A DNA stretch of 59,474 nucleotides from a virus (IMGVR_UViG_3300001352_002199:1-59474); one strand, 5' to 3'. Shown: positions 1 to 10,516, counted from the first letter of the stretch. Notes: generated by a model from the sequence alone, not told the origin. Numbers and translations are program-made.

Positions 1-904
1 AATTTACACTTGGAAACCAATTTAATTCGTTTTGAATTTTAGTATTATCAATTGCATAACGCCAATCGTGACCTAATCTATCTTTTACGAATTCTATTTG
101 ATCTTCATCTTTATCTAGTAGTTTTAGAATAGTTTTAACAATATCTATATTGCGTACTTCATTTTTGCCACCGATATTGTAAACTTGACCAATTTTCCCA
201 CCATGTAATACTGCATCGATACCAGAGCAATGATCTGAAACATGAATCCAGTCACGAATATTTCTACCATCACCATAAACAGGAAGTTTTTTGCCTGCCT
301 TAGCATTTTTAATCATTAATGGAATTAATTTTTCTTCGTGTTGATTTGGTCCGTAATTGTTTGAACAGCGAGTAATTAAAATAGGGTAATCGAAAGTCTC
401 ATAAAAACTGCGACATAATAAATCTGCACTCGCCTTGCTTGCTGAATAAGGGCTATTTGCTTGCAATGGAGTGTTTTCGGTAAAAGCATCATCTTCTTCA
501 CTTAAACTGCCATATACCTCGTCTGTGGACACTTGAAGGTATCTCTCGATACTAGAGCAATCGTGAAGCAAACTTAATAAAGAATGTGTTCCATTTATAT
601 TGGTTTTAATGAAGGGCGTTGAATTATTTATACTATTATCAACATGACTTTCAGCTGCGAAATTAACAATATAATTTATGTCATTCTTTTGTATTAAATT
701 ACGAATACTATCTGTATCATTAATATCACAAATTGATAAACTGTATCTGCCCGATTGATCTATCTCTTCGCTAATATTTTTATAGTTGGCCGCGTATGTT
801 TTCGAATCAACATTGTGAATGTGATAATCATATTTATGGAAAATATGTTTAATAAAGTTAGACCCAATAAAGCCTAATCCACCTGTGACTAATACACTTT
901 TCAT
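1..904 (-). CDS. rfbB: dTDP-glucose 4,6-dehydratase (3' end runs off the window)
   Basis: Not in ORF track; translated by hand: MKSVLVTGGLGFIGSNF...NFAAESHVDNSI...STDEVYG...SPYSASKASAD...RCSNNYGP...DRLGHDWRYA. ATG at 904 overlaps the TGA of the upstream gene (ATGA). Confidence 0.95.
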   Translation of the reverse strand, partial: MKSVLVTGGLGFIGSNFIKHIFHKYDYHIHNVDSKTYAANYKNISEEIDQSGRYSLSICDINDTDSIRNLIQKNDINYIVNFAAESHVDNSINNSTPFIKTNINGTHSLLSLLHDCSSIERYLQVSTDEVYGSLSEEDDAFTENTPLQANSPYSASKASADLLCRSFYETFDYPILITRCSNNYGPNQHEEKLIPLMIKNAKAGKKLPVYGDGRNIRDWIHVSDHCSGIDAVLHGGKIGQVYNIGGKNEVRNIDIVKTILKLLDKDEDQIEFVKDRLGHDWRYAIDNTKIQNELNWFPSVN

Positions 905-1440
905 TCTACATTATAAATTTCCGTATTAGGCTTAGGTATAAATTTTACACTATCATTTACTATATGGTCATCCCATATGATCTTATTTGTTGGCTGCGAG
1001 GCAAAATTGCCCTCTTTTAATTTTATAAAATGAAATGGTTTATAAAACTTTGGGTCTTCTGCACGATCTGACCCATAAGGTTCTAGGGTAAACATATATT
1101 GACCATGATGAAATTCTTTATCTTTGTCAAAAAACTTACAATTCATATATTTGAGGTAATCGTATTCAATAACACTATTAGAATAGCTAAATGAGTCGTA
1201 AGTCATTAAGAATGATAAATCTCTTTGTGGAGCTTCCTTGAGCCAACAAAAGGCATGCAAGGGTAGCTTTGTATATACTGCACCATTTTCAATCATAGCT
1301 ACAAATGTCATAGCTTGATTTTTAATTGTATGAACGCCGAAAATTACACAATTTAAATGATAGGGTATATCTTCAGAGTTGGAGACGAATTCTCTCCTTA
1401 AAAAACATTTTATAGCTGGTGTATTATTGCAAAGCTCCAC
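901..1440 (-). CDS. conserved phage hypothetical protein
   Basis: 179 aa ORF; ENGAVYTKLPLHAFCW and GNFASQPTNKIIW resemble a protein common in marine phages; preceded by GTGTA-N9 motif. Confidence 0.7.
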   Translation of the reverse strand: MELCNNTPAIKCFLRREFVSNSEDIPYHLNCVIFGVHTIKNQAMTFVAMIENGAVYTKLPLHAFCWLKEAPQRDLSFLMTYDSFSYSNSVIEYDYLKYMNCKFFDKDKEFHHGQYMFTLEPYGSDRAEDPKFYKPFHFIKLKEGNFASQPTNKIIWDDHIVNDSVKFIPKPNTEIYNVE

Positions 1441-1454
1441 GCATTATATTACAC

Positions 1455-2327
1455 TCAAATCACATATTTAGATAATGAATCTTTTAATGCTTCTTGAGCA
1501 GTTCTAATCGAAATATACTGTTCAATTTTTGATGTATCTAAAACACAATTTGAACGAGGAGCAGTAACTTCTTGCATGAAATTATCTAGCTTACTAAAGA
1601 ACTTAAACTCTTTATTTATCTTTAAATGCTCTTGCATTAATTCAACTACTTCTTTAGTAGTAACACTACCTTTATTTGTTATATTGTAGATGCCAAATGG
1701 GACATTTTGCTCGATTAAATCAATAGTATATTTTGCAAAATCAGTGCGATGAGAAAGAGAATTGCGCACATCTAATAATTGATCATAAGTCAATAATTTA
1801 GTTAAATAATTGCGAGGAGAAGCGAATTCATCAAATGGTATACGCAATCTAAAAATATAACTATTTGGCGCATTTTGCTTCACAATTTTTTCTGCAAGTG
1901 CTTTTGTGCCACTATAAAAACTACCATTTTGAAAATCAAAATTAGGGGCATCTTCTTCGGTGAAATCTTTAGAGTATCCGCCATAAATACAACCAGAAGA
2001 TATATGGGTGTATAAATAACCTTTATTTGCGCAAAGTTGCGAAAGCATTGCGGGAAATATTACATTGCCTTCAACTGTATCTGCTTTATTTAGTTCACAA
2101 GCATCCACATTTGGTTTACCAATATATCCCGCGCAATTAATTATAGAAACATTGTGGTGTGCAACTGTTTTTTTATAAGCATTATTTGATAGCCAATTAT
2201 CAAAAATTTTCATATTTGTATAATCAACTTTAGAACGACTGAGAGCCCAATAAGGTAAATCGCGTGACGTTAATTCTTTCATTATAGCTTGTGCTATATA
2301 TCCGTTTTTTCCTAGTATTATGTACAT
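1455..2327 (-). CDS. NDP-4-keto-6-deoxyglucose 3,5-epimerase/4-reductase (RmlD-like / NRS-ER type; NDP-rhamnose synthesis)
   Basis: GxxGxxA Rossmann start, NCAGYIGKPNVDACE, HISSGCIY, FYSGTK (YxxxK), LRIP. Confidence 0.85.
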   Translation of the reverse strand: MYIILGKNGYIAQAIMKELTSRDLPYWALSRSKVDYTNMKIFDNWLSNNAYKKTVAHHNVSIINCAGYIGKPNVDACELNKADTVEGNVIFPAMLSQLCANKGYLYTHISSGCIYGGYSKDFTEEDAPNFDFQNGSFYSGTKALAEKIVKQNAPNSYIFRLRIPFDEFASPRNYLTKLLTYDQLLDVRNSLSHRTDFAKYTIDLIEQNVPFGIYNITNKGSVTTKEVVELMQEHLKINKEFKFFSKLDNFMQEVTAPRSNCVLDTSKIEQYISIRTAQEALKDSLSKYVI

Positions 2328-2335
2328 AAAATATT

Positions 2336-3049
2336 TTAAGCGTAGTGATGATTGCCGTATGAACCCCTTTGTTCAAATTTATCTCTTAGGTTTGGTTTGA
2401 TTTGAGGTATTACTTCATGTTTTAATAAACATAAATTCCATGTAGGTTGATCTCTAAAGGTAATGTCTGATTGAGTGTAAATTTCCCAAAAATTTGTAGT
2501 GACTTTTTTAACTAAGTCATTGGGAGTATAGCCAAAAATTGTGTTTTCAAAATATTGTTTGGCTGAAAGAGAAATTTCTGGAAATTCTTTTTTAAAAAAT
2601 AAAAGTGTTTTCGAGATGCTGTCTTTAGAATCTTTGCGACCCCAAATTATTAATTGGCATTCACGCTTAACTCCTTTATTGTGGCAAGTGGGATGTTTGT
2701 ATTGAAGAAAGGGATAAGGTTTAGATATAAAAGTATTTGATATAGATACCCAGTCAACATTACATTTTGGGTTCAAATGAACATCGCAATAATATATACA
2801 ATCATAATCTACACCCATAGAATCTAATAATTCCCAGCCCATAAATTTAGCATATCGAGACTTTCTTACATTGCAATTCAAGTTAGATATATTGGGATTA
2901 TTGGAAATATTGTGCACATCCCAATCTGTGTCGAAATCTTTTTGATCTCTGTCGCTAAATAAAAAGTAATCACAACCATCAACCCGTTGAAATCTAGCGG
3001 GATTGTTTCCACGTTTACCAAAAAGAGATGTAATAAATGCTATTTTCAT
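2336..3049 (-). CDS. DUF616 (TOD1/MUCI70)-like glycosyltransferase
   Basis: TSLFG, FSD, SRYAK, YCD, KHP, RDQ motifs typical of DUF616. Confidence 0.7.
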   Translation of the reverse strand: MKIAFITSLFGKRGNNPARFQRVDGCDYFLFSDRDQKDFDTDWDVHNISNNPNISNLNCNVRKSRYAKFMGWELLDSMGVDYDCIYYCDVHLNPKCNVDWVSISNTFISKPYPFLQYKHPTCHNKGVKRECQLIIWGRKDSKDSISKTLLFFKKEFPEISLSAKQYFENTIFGYTPNDLVKKVTTNFWEIYTQSDITFRDQPTWNLCLLKHEVIPQIKPNLRDKFEQRGSYGNHHYA

Positions 3050-3051
3050 AT

Positions 3052-3630
3052 TTATTCTCCAAATTTATACCCGAAATACTCAATGTCTTTTGCATATTGT
3101 TCCGCAACGATTGCGCGAGTTTCGTCATCGTAGTATTCGGTGTAGTGTTTGTGTTTAGTGGTGTTTTCGTGTGAAAGTTCTTGTCTTGGAATTTCAATTA
3201 TATCACAAACCGTTTCAAAGTCTTCTTGTAAATTTTCAAATCGACCTATAAAATCTATATGTTTATCTATAAATTCAACTTGCTTGTTGACATGTCTTAT
3301 CTGCCAATTTTTTGGAGTTTTTAAGAATTCTAAAAAACTAATGTTTTTAAATTGCGGACCCCAATTATACTCACTTGCTACTTTGTCGAATGGGTTTCGC
3401 ACAAATGTAAAAGAAAAATATTTTTCTCTGAATGTTATGTCAAATTCTTCATGAAATGCATGACCTTTAATGCCAGAATCTAGATGATATTGATTTTGTA
3501 TATTTTGCGGAAGAAGCGATAATCTTTCGGGCCTTTTAATACCCTCAAGATTTAAGAGATGCTTCTCTATAGATGTTCCCGCGCATTTTGGAACATGAAT
3601 AAAGATGTATTTATAATTATGACTAATCAT
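3052..3630 (-). CDS. sulfotransferase family 2 protein
   Basis: 5'-PSB FIHVPKCAGTS, 3'-PB FVRNPFDKVAS, GRFENLQEDF, C-terminal DIEYFGY. Confidence 0.9.
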   Translation of the reverse strand: MISHNYKYIFIHVPKCAGTSIEKHLLNLEGIKRPERLSLLPQNIQNQYHLDSGIKGHAFHEEFDITFREKYFSFTFVRNPFDKVASEYNWGPQFKNISFLEFLKTPKNWQIRHVNKQVEFIDKHIDFIGRFENLQEDFETVCDIIEIPRQELSHENTTKHKHYTEYYDDETRAIVAEQYAKDIEYFGYKFGE

Positions 3631-3865
3631 GATTCTCTAAGTCCCAAAAATCGTTATAAAATTTCTTAGCGTTATACTCATGTAGTTTTTTGCTAATAAG
3701 TTTTCCTTTTTCATATGTGGATTCTAAGGTGTGTAAAATTTTTTTATATTTATCATCTTTGCGAGCAGAAAGCTCTTTGTAAACTTTTCGATGAAGCTCA
3801 CAGATAGTTCGCATTGGAGCCGTGCGATTATTTTTAATGTGTTGTTCTAAGTTGTCCTCACCCAT
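3623..3865 (-). CDS. small helical hypothetical protein (paralog family with 3858..4073 and 15098..15430)
   Basis: 80 aa ORF overlapping its neighbours; RTICELHR...GKLISKKL. Confidence 0.65.
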   Translation of the reverse strand: MGEDNLEQHIKNNRTAPMRTICELHRKVYKELSARKDDKYKKILHTLESTYEKGKLISKKLHEYNAKKFYNDFWDLENHD

Positions 3866-4073
3866 CTTTTACGCTTCCTTCATTATGCTTGTTTTTTTGA
3901 TACCAATCTTCTGATTTTGATGTTGCATGTTGTTCAAATTTACACAACATTTTCTTTGCCATATCAAACATTTCTTCAATCATTGGCAGAATATCATCGC
4001 TTTCATTCATTGTTTTAAGTTCAGAATGTATTTCCTTTAGCTCTTTTAAAATTGTTTTGTCGTCGTAATTCAT
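3858..4073 (-). CDS. small helical hypothetical protein
   Basis: 71 aa ORF; KTILKELK...MAKKMLCKF. Confidence 0.6.
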   Translation of the reverse strand: MNYDDKTILKELKEIHSELKTMNESDDILPMIEEMFDMAKKMLCKFEQHATSKSEDWYQKNKHNEGSVKDG

Positions 4074-4091
4074 TCTCTATATATTATATCC

Positions 4092-4872
<781 letters not shown>

Positions 4873-4918
4873 TATTCCAGCTTTTTTCATGTTTAAAATT
4901 GAAGAGGGATGCATATTT

Positions 4919-5476
4919 TTACTCTCCTATAGTTTGCGTTTCAGCGCACCATAATTTCATAGTGAAGCCTTTTTCTTGTAATTTTTTGACTAAATTATTA
5001 TGAAATTGTGTGCTAATATTTTTTAATTTACCCAAATGCCACTCTCCATATAGTGTGTTTATATAACCGTCAAACAAACCATCCTCTAGCATCTTGGGTA
5101 ATATATCATACTCTGACCCTTCGATGTCCATCTTGAGGATAATATAATCGTCTTTATTGAAGTTTTTAATAATGAAATCAGAAATATCAATACAATTCAC
5201 TTTAATTTTCTTAGAGTTAAACATTCCAGTAGTTTTATCCGATCTAAGTGTACTACTTAAATTTGCTCCAACACGAAAACTCGACTCGCCATAAAATGTA
5301 GAAACAGCATAATCGTAAATTTTAAAATCAGGGAATTTGGATTTATACTCTTCCACCATGCTAGGATTGCATTCAAAGCTATGTATTTCGTAATCTTTAG
5401 AATCAATAAATGATTTCAAAAATAAATCTACAGAACAACCATTATTGGCGCCGAGATCTATAAATATTTTTTTCAT
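4919..5476 (-). CDS. FkbM family SAM-dependent methyltransferase
   Basis: FIDLGANNG, FECNP, LKMDIEGSEY, EWH. Confidence 0.9.
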   Translation of the reverse strand: MKKIFIDLGANNGCSVDLFLKSFIDSKDYEIHSFECNPSMVEEYKSKFPDFKIYDYAVSTFYGESSFRVGANLSSTLRSDKTTGMFNSKKIKVNCIDISDFIIKNFNKDDYIILKMDIEGSEYDILPKMLEDGLFDGYINTLYGEWHLGKLKNISTQFHNNLVKKLQEKGFTMKLWCAETQTIGE

Positions 5477-5485
5477 AAATTTTGA

Positions 5486-6220
5486 TTATTTATGATAAAT
5501 ATAAAAACTTTCATCTTTAAAAGCATACCTCTTAAAAGGAGAAAAGATAGAACTATCTATTGGTATATTTTTAGTTTTAAGCATGATATTGAGCAGTAGA
5601 TTGTTGCAGTTTATTTTGGGACTCGAGCTGGAGACATCTTCCATTAAGTACACGTACTCCTTTAGGAAACTATGTATTAGTTCGATATAACCACCCCATA
5701 CTCCAGCATTTAATGGAGTTGTAGGGAGTTTTATGTATGAATTAATATCTAAATTAGAGGATGACTTAAGGGTTTGTAATTGAGTTCTATAGTGGTTATT
5801 AAAGAAATTAACCTCACTCGATGTTTCTTCGCAAATTTGAATTGTTTCTTTATCCATTTTTTGAATTGGGTTTTTTCGAATAAAAACATCACTAGCATCA
5901 GAAAACAAAATATGAGTAAAGTTTTTCGATAAATGAAAATTATCTAAATAGATTTTAAATCTATAATCATTATTTGATAAATTGGTGTTATTAGGAGAAA
6001 TGCGAACAAAATGAATGTTTCTATTGGATTTGGTAATATTACCTTCGATGTGATTCGATACACTGCCGTCGTGAAAAATAAAAAGATCGATGTCATTTTG
6101 AATACAACCAATCATTAAAGGGTAAAAAACACACTCAAAATTAGCTGGAAAACTAAAATTTCTCTGCGGGTCTAAACCGCAAGAAAGATATGTTGTAAAT
6201 ATACAAAGTTTATTGTTCAT
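5486..6220 (-). CDS. putative glycosyltransferase (GT-A-like)
   Basis: DPQR, YRF, FSDASDV (DxxD), LNAGVWGG, terminal YIYHK. Confidence 0.55.
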   Translation of the reverse strand: MNNKLCIFTTYLSCGLDPQRNFSFPANFECVFYPLMIGCIQNDIDLFIFHDGSVSNHIEGNITKSNRNIHFVRISPNNTNLSNNDYRFKIYLDNFHLSKNFTHILFSDASDVFIRKNPIQKMDKETIQICEETSSEVNFFNNHYRTQLQTLKSSSNLDINSYIKLPTTPLNAGVWGGYIELIHSFLKEYVYLMEDVSSSSPKINCNNLLLNIMLKTKNIPIDSSIFSPFKRYAFKDESFYIYHK

Positions 6221-6228
6221 TTATATAT

Positions 6229-6783
6229 TTATCTAATATGTAGGAATTTAATTGTTTTATTGCCATAATGTTTATAAATTGAGTTGATTATAGTGCTTTC
6301 ATTAAGTTTTGAGTATTTACTTGACTCCTTATACAAAAAAACAATGTCATCATACTTGATTGAGGTGTTTTTGAAGTTTTTAATTCTTTGTTCGTATCGT
6401 TGACGAAATTTATGAAAATTATTTCTAATATAGAATTCATCATCATTACGACCTTCAGAAAAGAGATGTGAGTGCCCTCCTCCTTCGTGGTTAAAGACTA
6501 TGCCTGCGTCATTTGTTATAGCGGTACCTCCAGGGCCCGCATTTGACCTATTGCCTGAAGCATTGCCCCATGCACAAACTCGCAAGCCTTTGAAGAAAGT
6601 TTCAAAATTATGCTCTAATAAATCTTCGACTGCAGAAGGAGGAGAAATGCAAAGATCAAAAGGGTGTGTTCGGTACCCATTAGATCTGCCTGTTTTATAT
6701 TGATTTTTGAGATTGATTCTAGGATCGCAGTTCCAACCTAATGAAATCCAATTTAAATGAGGGTAAATCTTTTCTGTGGTCAT
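6229..6783 (-). CDS. DUF1796 putative papain-like cysteine peptidase
   Basis: ISLGWNC, THPFDL, FNHE, RYEQRIKNF. Confidence 0.8.
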   Translation of the reverse strand: MTTEKIYPHLNWISLGWNCDPRINLKNQYKTGRSNGYRTHPFDLCISPPSAVEDLLEHNFETFFKGLRVCAWGNASGNRSNAGPGGTAITNDAGIVFNHEGGGHSHLFSEGRNDDEFYIRNNFHKFRQRYEQRIKNFKNTSIKYDDIVFLYKESSKYSKLNESTIINSIYKHYGNKTIKFLHIR

Positions 6784-6801
6784 TTTTTTACAAGACTATT
6801 A

Positions 6802-7380
6802 TTAATATCCAACATGATAACATATTTCGTCAGTTATGGTATAATTATAACCTTGATTGATTAAGTTTTTAACAAATTCAAAATCCTCGCCACCCTCATT
6901 TTTAGGAAATAAAATTGGCTCTTTGGGAGTTTTAAAGGAAAAGGAAATGCCTACATTACCAAAACGAATTTGATTGTAGTTTGGTCGAGGTATAATTGTG
7001 TTATTTTTAGTACAATGCATTCGAAAAATGACAAGGTCAAATTGAGAATACTTAGATAAAAGTAAATCGACATAATTAGGGGTTATAGTGTCATCGTCAT
7101 CTAAAAAAGACGTCCAAGTTGTGTCGACATTTTGAAGGCCAATATTGCGTACAAGACCAGCTTCATTGTGAGGATACGAAGAGTCTGTGATTCTTCCTAA
7201 TTTTTCTGTTTGCAAAGTTGTGATCTTTTTACTTTGAAAATCTTCTGTGGGGTTTACTCCATCATATACAATGATCGATTTCCAGTTTGGGTTTGTTTGT
7301 GTGTGTAAAGAAGCTATGCTTCTACTTAATGTCGGGCGACCAATGCTAGGAATAATAAAAGTTGTACTCACTGCTGTCAT
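6802..7380 (-). CDS. glycosyltransferase family 2
   Basis: FIIPSIGR, VYDG, RNIGL, FLDDDD, GEDF. Confidence 0.88.
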   Translation of the reverse strand: MTAVSTTFIIPSIGRPTLSRSIASLHTQTNPNWKSIIVYDGVNPTEDFQSKKITTLQTEKLGRITDSSYPHNEAGLVRNIGLQNVDTTWTSFLDDDDTITPNYVDLLLSKYSQFDLVIFRMHCTKNNTIIPRPNYNQIRFGNVGISFSFKTPKEPILFPKNEGGEDFEFVKNLINQGYNYTITDEICYHVGY

Positions 7381-7733
7381 GAACGCTCGTAATCGTCTTC
7401 AATTCTAACTATATCATCTTCTCCAAAATAAGTGCCTGTTTGAACTTCTATTAAAATCATATCTTCTGAATCGCTAGGGTTAGCCATTCGATGTTTATCT
7501 TCAAAACCAATTAATACAGTTTCTCCAACTTCATAATCTGTATCAATATCATTTAATGTAACACGAGCGACTCCTTGCACAACAGTCCATGCTTCTTGTC
7601 GATGATGGTGATATTGATAACTTAGCCTTTGTTGGGGCTTAACAACAATACGTTTAACTTTACAATACTCTGTGTCGAGTAAAATTTCATAATGTCCCCA
7701 AGGGCGAATTGATTCATCTTCTTGCTTATTCAT
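7377..7733 (-). CDS. mannose-6-phosphate isomerase type II C-terminal cupin domain protein
   Basis: RPWG, KVKRIVVKP, LSYQYHHHRQEAWTVVQG, EVQTGTYFGEDDIVRIEDDY. Confidence 0.92.
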   Translation of the reverse strand: MNKQEDESIRPWGHYEILLDTEYCKVKRIVVKPQQRLSYQYHHHRQEAWTVVQGVARVTLNDIDTDYEVGETVLIGFEDKHRMANPSDSEDMILIEVQTGTYFGEDDIVRIEDDYERS

Positions 7734-8130
7734 TTAAAGTTATTATATCCCATCTGTTGTCATAATTCAACCGAAAAGTGCCTTGATAGCCATCTTTCCC
7801 CCAAGAGCATTCATTAGGAGAAAATAAACTCATAAAAAGTCGCCCGCTATCTTTTTTGTAAAGATAATACTCTTTGCCGATGACAGGCTTGAACCGCATT
7901 TCTGCATTAAATATCACTTCGTTCCATTCCAACTCTTTGGTTAGTTGTTGGTATTCTGATTTGAGTTTATCGAATCGCTCTTGATAGTGTTGGTTGGCTC
8001 GATGAACTGCTCCAATTTTCCAACCACCCAAACTATGGTTGGGCTTAATAATAGGAGCGCCCAAATCGCTAGCATAAGGTAAAGAATGAGGGTTTGGGAC
8101 GACATTGTCGGGCACTTGCTTTTCATCCAT
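7726..8130 (-). CDS. DUF2452-like protein
   Basis: LPYASDLGAPII, FKPVIGKEYYLY, SLFSPNE, final W; ATG overlaps upstream TAA (TAATG). Confidence 0.7.
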   Translation of the reverse strand: MDEKQVPDNVVPNPHSLPYASDLGAPIIKPNHSLGGWKIGAVHRANQHYQERFDKLKSEYQQLTKELEWNEVIFNAEMRFKPVIGKEYYLYKKDSGRLFMSLFSPNECSWGKDGYQGTFRLNYDNRWDIITLNE

Positions 8131-8321
8131 TACCAATTTTTAATTACGTTAGCCACTATAAAACCACAAGTAACCATATTTGTCAAGACTATAATGGTTC
8201 TTATTAATAAACTAATTTGTGCATCTTTTAACGAAAGAATAGGAATATCGGGTTCATCGTCGTCAGTTCTACCTACTCGATGATCTAATGTTCGCGCCCA
8301 TATTAACCATAATTTTTTCAT
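8130..8321 (-). CDS. small conserved phage membrane protein
   Basis: LWLIWARTL...IRTIIVLTNMVTCGFIVANVIKNW; hydrophobic C-half. Confidence 0.7.
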   Translation of the reverse strand: MKKLWLIWARTLDHRVGRTDDDEPDIPILSLKDAQISLLIRTIIVLTNMVTCGFIVANVIKNW

Positions 8322-8337
8322 TCACCAAAATATTAAA

Positions 8338-8535
8338 CTAATCAATTTCGTCGCCTTGACGCCAATTCATGCACCATTTATAGCTTTGAACATTAACGAC
8401 TTCTTTTTTATCGTCTTCATTTAAATAAATAGTAGTCGTTCTTAAGTTAGTTTGCAGAGTATCAATTAATGCATATAGTTCGGCGATTTGTTTGTCTTTT
8501 TGTAAGAGTTGTTTTAATAAGTTTTTTTCGTCCAT
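8338..8535 (-). CDS. hypothetical protein (coiled coil)
   Basis: 65 aa ORF preceded by GTGTA-N9. Confidence 0.55.
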   Translation of the reverse strand: MDEKNLLKQLLQKDKQIAELYALIDTLQTNLRTTTIYLNEDDKKEVVNVQSYKWCMNWRQGDEID

Positions 8536-8552
8536 CCAAGAATTTACACTAT

Positions 8553-8699
8553 TTAGCTGCTTTCAAGATGTTTTTTAACTAAATTTTTTATTTCAATTAC
8601 TTTTTCTTTATTATTTTCTTTGTATAACTTTAGGATAATAGAATTAACTAAAGCATTTACTCTTTCTTCCCAAGAATAATCTATTTCAAAACGATTCAT
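8553..8699 (-). CDS. small hypothetical protein
   Basis: Below ORF-track cutoff; MNRFEIDYSWEERVNALVNSIILKLYKENNKEKVIEIKNLVKKHLESS*, fills the gap and overlaps the HPF stop. Confidence 0.45.
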   Translation of the reverse strand: MNRFEIDYSWEERVNALVNSIILKLYKENNKEKVIEIKNLVKKHLESS

Positions 8700-9031
8700 T
8701 TAAATATATTTAAGTGTCGTTTGAATTTTTCGATTCGTGATTTTCGGCGTAATACTCTATCCATTTTATCAAACAAAAAGTCGATAGATTTTAATATATC
8801 GTCACTAGCCGCAGAAACTACTGAAGATTTACCTTTGAAGCTTAGGTGACCTTTTGCGATAAATTCGTTTTTATGGGAGCGAGAATGAGCGTCCCGAATT
8901 AATTCGACCCTTAAGTCAATAATAGATTCTGAGCGGTCAAGCAATTTTTGGCATTTTTGCTTTAACATGGCGACATGTATGCGCTTTTTATTTATATGAA
9001 TAAACTCGATCTTTAAATCATCAATTTTCAT
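8696..9031 (-). CDS. hpf: ribosome hibernation promoting factor HPF/RaiA (S30AE) family
   Basis: KCQKL...IIDLRVEL...FIAKGHL...SDDILKSIDFLFDKMDRVLRRKSR pattern of short HPF. Confidence 0.8.
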   Translation of the reverse strand: MKIDDLKIEFIHINKKRIHVAMLKQKCQKLLDRSESIIDLRVELIRDAHSRSHKNEFIAKGHLSFKGKSSVVSAASDDILKSIDFLFDKMDRVLRRKSRIEKFKRHLNIFK

Positions 9032-9288
9032 TTTATTTTAATATATGGATTGACATCTCCATTTTGGAGTATTTTTTTATCTTCATAGGGAGCAACTAAT
9101 CTCCGATAAATCTCCATTTTAGCACATTCGATTGCGCCGATAATGTCGTTAGCAGTTTGATAGTTAAAATCGTTTTGTTCAATGTAGATATTGACCAATT
9201 GGTTTAGTGCGTAATTGAATTGACCTGCGGTCGTAATCAAGTTGTCTTGATCTACTCGTTTTTTTTCTGATGGCGGTATATAAGGCAT
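9028..9288 (-). CDS. conserved phage protein (DUF6899-like)
   Basis: MPYI...GQFNY...GAIECAKMEIYRRLVAPYEDKKILQNGDV. Confidence 0.75.
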   Translation of the reverse strand: MPYIPPSEKKRVDQDNLITTAGQFNYALNQLVNIYIEQNDFNYQTANDIIGAIECAKMEIYRRLVAPYEDKKILQNGDVNPYIKIK

Positions 9289-9656
9289 TATAGCATCTCC
9301 TCTATTTGTTTTTTGTATTCATTGGTTTGGTTCATCAATGTCACTGTGACATTTTTTAATGTAATTAAAGATTCAGTATCCACTTCACGCTCTGGAGGAA
9401 TATCGACATAAGTATTGTTAAGGTCTATTAGATCAGAGAGCGCATCAATTTGTTTTTGATACAATAAAAACAGTTTAGAGCAAGATTCTTTGCATTTCGA
9501 TTTAACTCGATCTCTCTGATATTTTTTAGGAGAAGTGTTCTCACTTACAAAACGTTTTAAAGTTTTTAATGTATTCATGTGAACTTCTTCATACTCAACT
9601 ACTTCGTTGGTATAAAACTCGTAAGTTTCCCAAGCTAACTCTAATTTATTAATCAT
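9288..9656 (-). CDS. hypothetical protein
   Basis: 122 aa helical ORF with overlapping start/stop junctions. Confidence 0.6.
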   Translation of the reverse strand: MINKLELAWETYEFYTNEVVEYEEVHMNTLKTLKRFVSENTSPKKYQRDRVKSKCKESCSKLFLLYQKQIDALSDLIDLNNTYVDIPPEREVDTESLITLKNVTVTLMNQTNEYKKQIEEML

Positions 9657-9826
9657 AGAAATTTATGCAACAACTCAAAATCTCGAAGTCCAACATATTT
9701 AACAAAATAAAGACAGAACTCAGCCACTTTAGATGGAGACCATTGCTCTTCTCTGATTATATTGCCGATTTCAAGGTATTCACCGTCATTCCAGAGGTCT
9801 GTAAGTTTGATATATTCAGTGTTCAT
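9653..9826 (-). CDS. hypothetical protein
   Basis: Likely start MNTEY (9826), 7 nt after a sigma70 -10 box. Confidence 0.6.
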   Translation of the reverse strand: MNTEYIKLTDLWNDGEYLEIGNIIREEQWSPSKVAEFCLYFVKYVGLRDFELLHKFL

Positions 9827-9833
9827 GATGATG

Positions 9834-9862
9834 ATCATACTAGAATAAATGATTAATGTCAA
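9834..9862 (-). promoter_or_regulatory. sigma70-type promoter, probably leaderless
   Basis: TTGACA-N17-TATGAT, ATG 7 nt downstream. Confidence 0.75.
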
Positions 9863-9875
9863 GAGTAAAAAGTAG

Positions 9876-9889
9876 GTGTAACATAACTT
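9876..9889 (+). promoter_or_regulatory. GTGTA-N9-ATG motif (putative phage promoter)
   Basis: GTGTA at 9876-9880, exactly 9 nt before ATG 9890; same spacing as at 8 other genes. Confidence 0.6.
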
Positions 9890-10516
9890 ATGGCATTTAG
9901 AAGAAAAATATGTTGGTCATGTATGATGTTGTTTTGTGCAATATTAATGGTGGTTTGGGGTTTGACATCCTGTAATAAAGTGAATTTTGATGAATTAAAA
10001 AGCATTCCAACAATTGAAACTAAGGAAGATCAAAAGTATAGAGTTTACTATAGAAAAGATTTTGGTTTACGCTTTGGTCATCAAATAGGCAATAATTCTG
10101 TAAAAATAGATGTTCCCACTAACGTTCAAATTATGATGCTTGATGGAAGTTTTAGGGAAGTTGATTATTATTTCTTTAGAAAGTTTAATAATTGGTTTAA
10201 GGATGTCAAGTTTCAAAATGGAATTATGGCAATTAATCAAAATGAAACATTAGATTGCGATAACTTTGCAATGCTTTATAAGTCTTTAATGAGTGTCGCG
10301 AGTTACAAAAGTAAGATAGAACAAGAATTAGCTGTCGCTCTTGTTGTAGTCGAACAGAAAAATGAATTTGGGGGTATTCCTGGAACTGGAGGGCTTCATA
10401 TGTTGAATTTAATTTTCACAAGCAGAGCTTGGTATATATTTGAGCCGCAAACTGGGGAATATATAGAATTACAAAATTACCCAAACCAAAAATACATAAG
10501 AACGATAATTATTTAA
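9890..10516 (+). CDS. putative lipoprotein with transglutaminase/papain-like (MOA lectin C-terminal-like) domain
   Basis: Signal peptide with lipobox LTSC; LDCDNFA...HMLN...IFEPQTG (Cys-His-Glu triad). Confidence 0.7.
   Translation: MAFRRKICWSCMMLFCAILMVVWGLTSCNKVNFDELKSIPTIETKEDQKYRVYYRKDFGLRFGHQIGNNSVKIDVPTNVQIMMLDGSFREVDYYFFRKFNNWFKDVKFQNGIMAINQNETLDCDNFAMLYKSLMSVASYKSKIEQELAVALVVVEQKNEFGGIPGTGGLHMLNLIFTSRAWYIFEPQTGEYIELQNYPNQKYIRTIII

Noticed and set aside
5-10. AGTGTA motif at the window start
   Set aside because: Lies inside the rfbB coding frame (..FPSVN..); the downstream context is outside the window.
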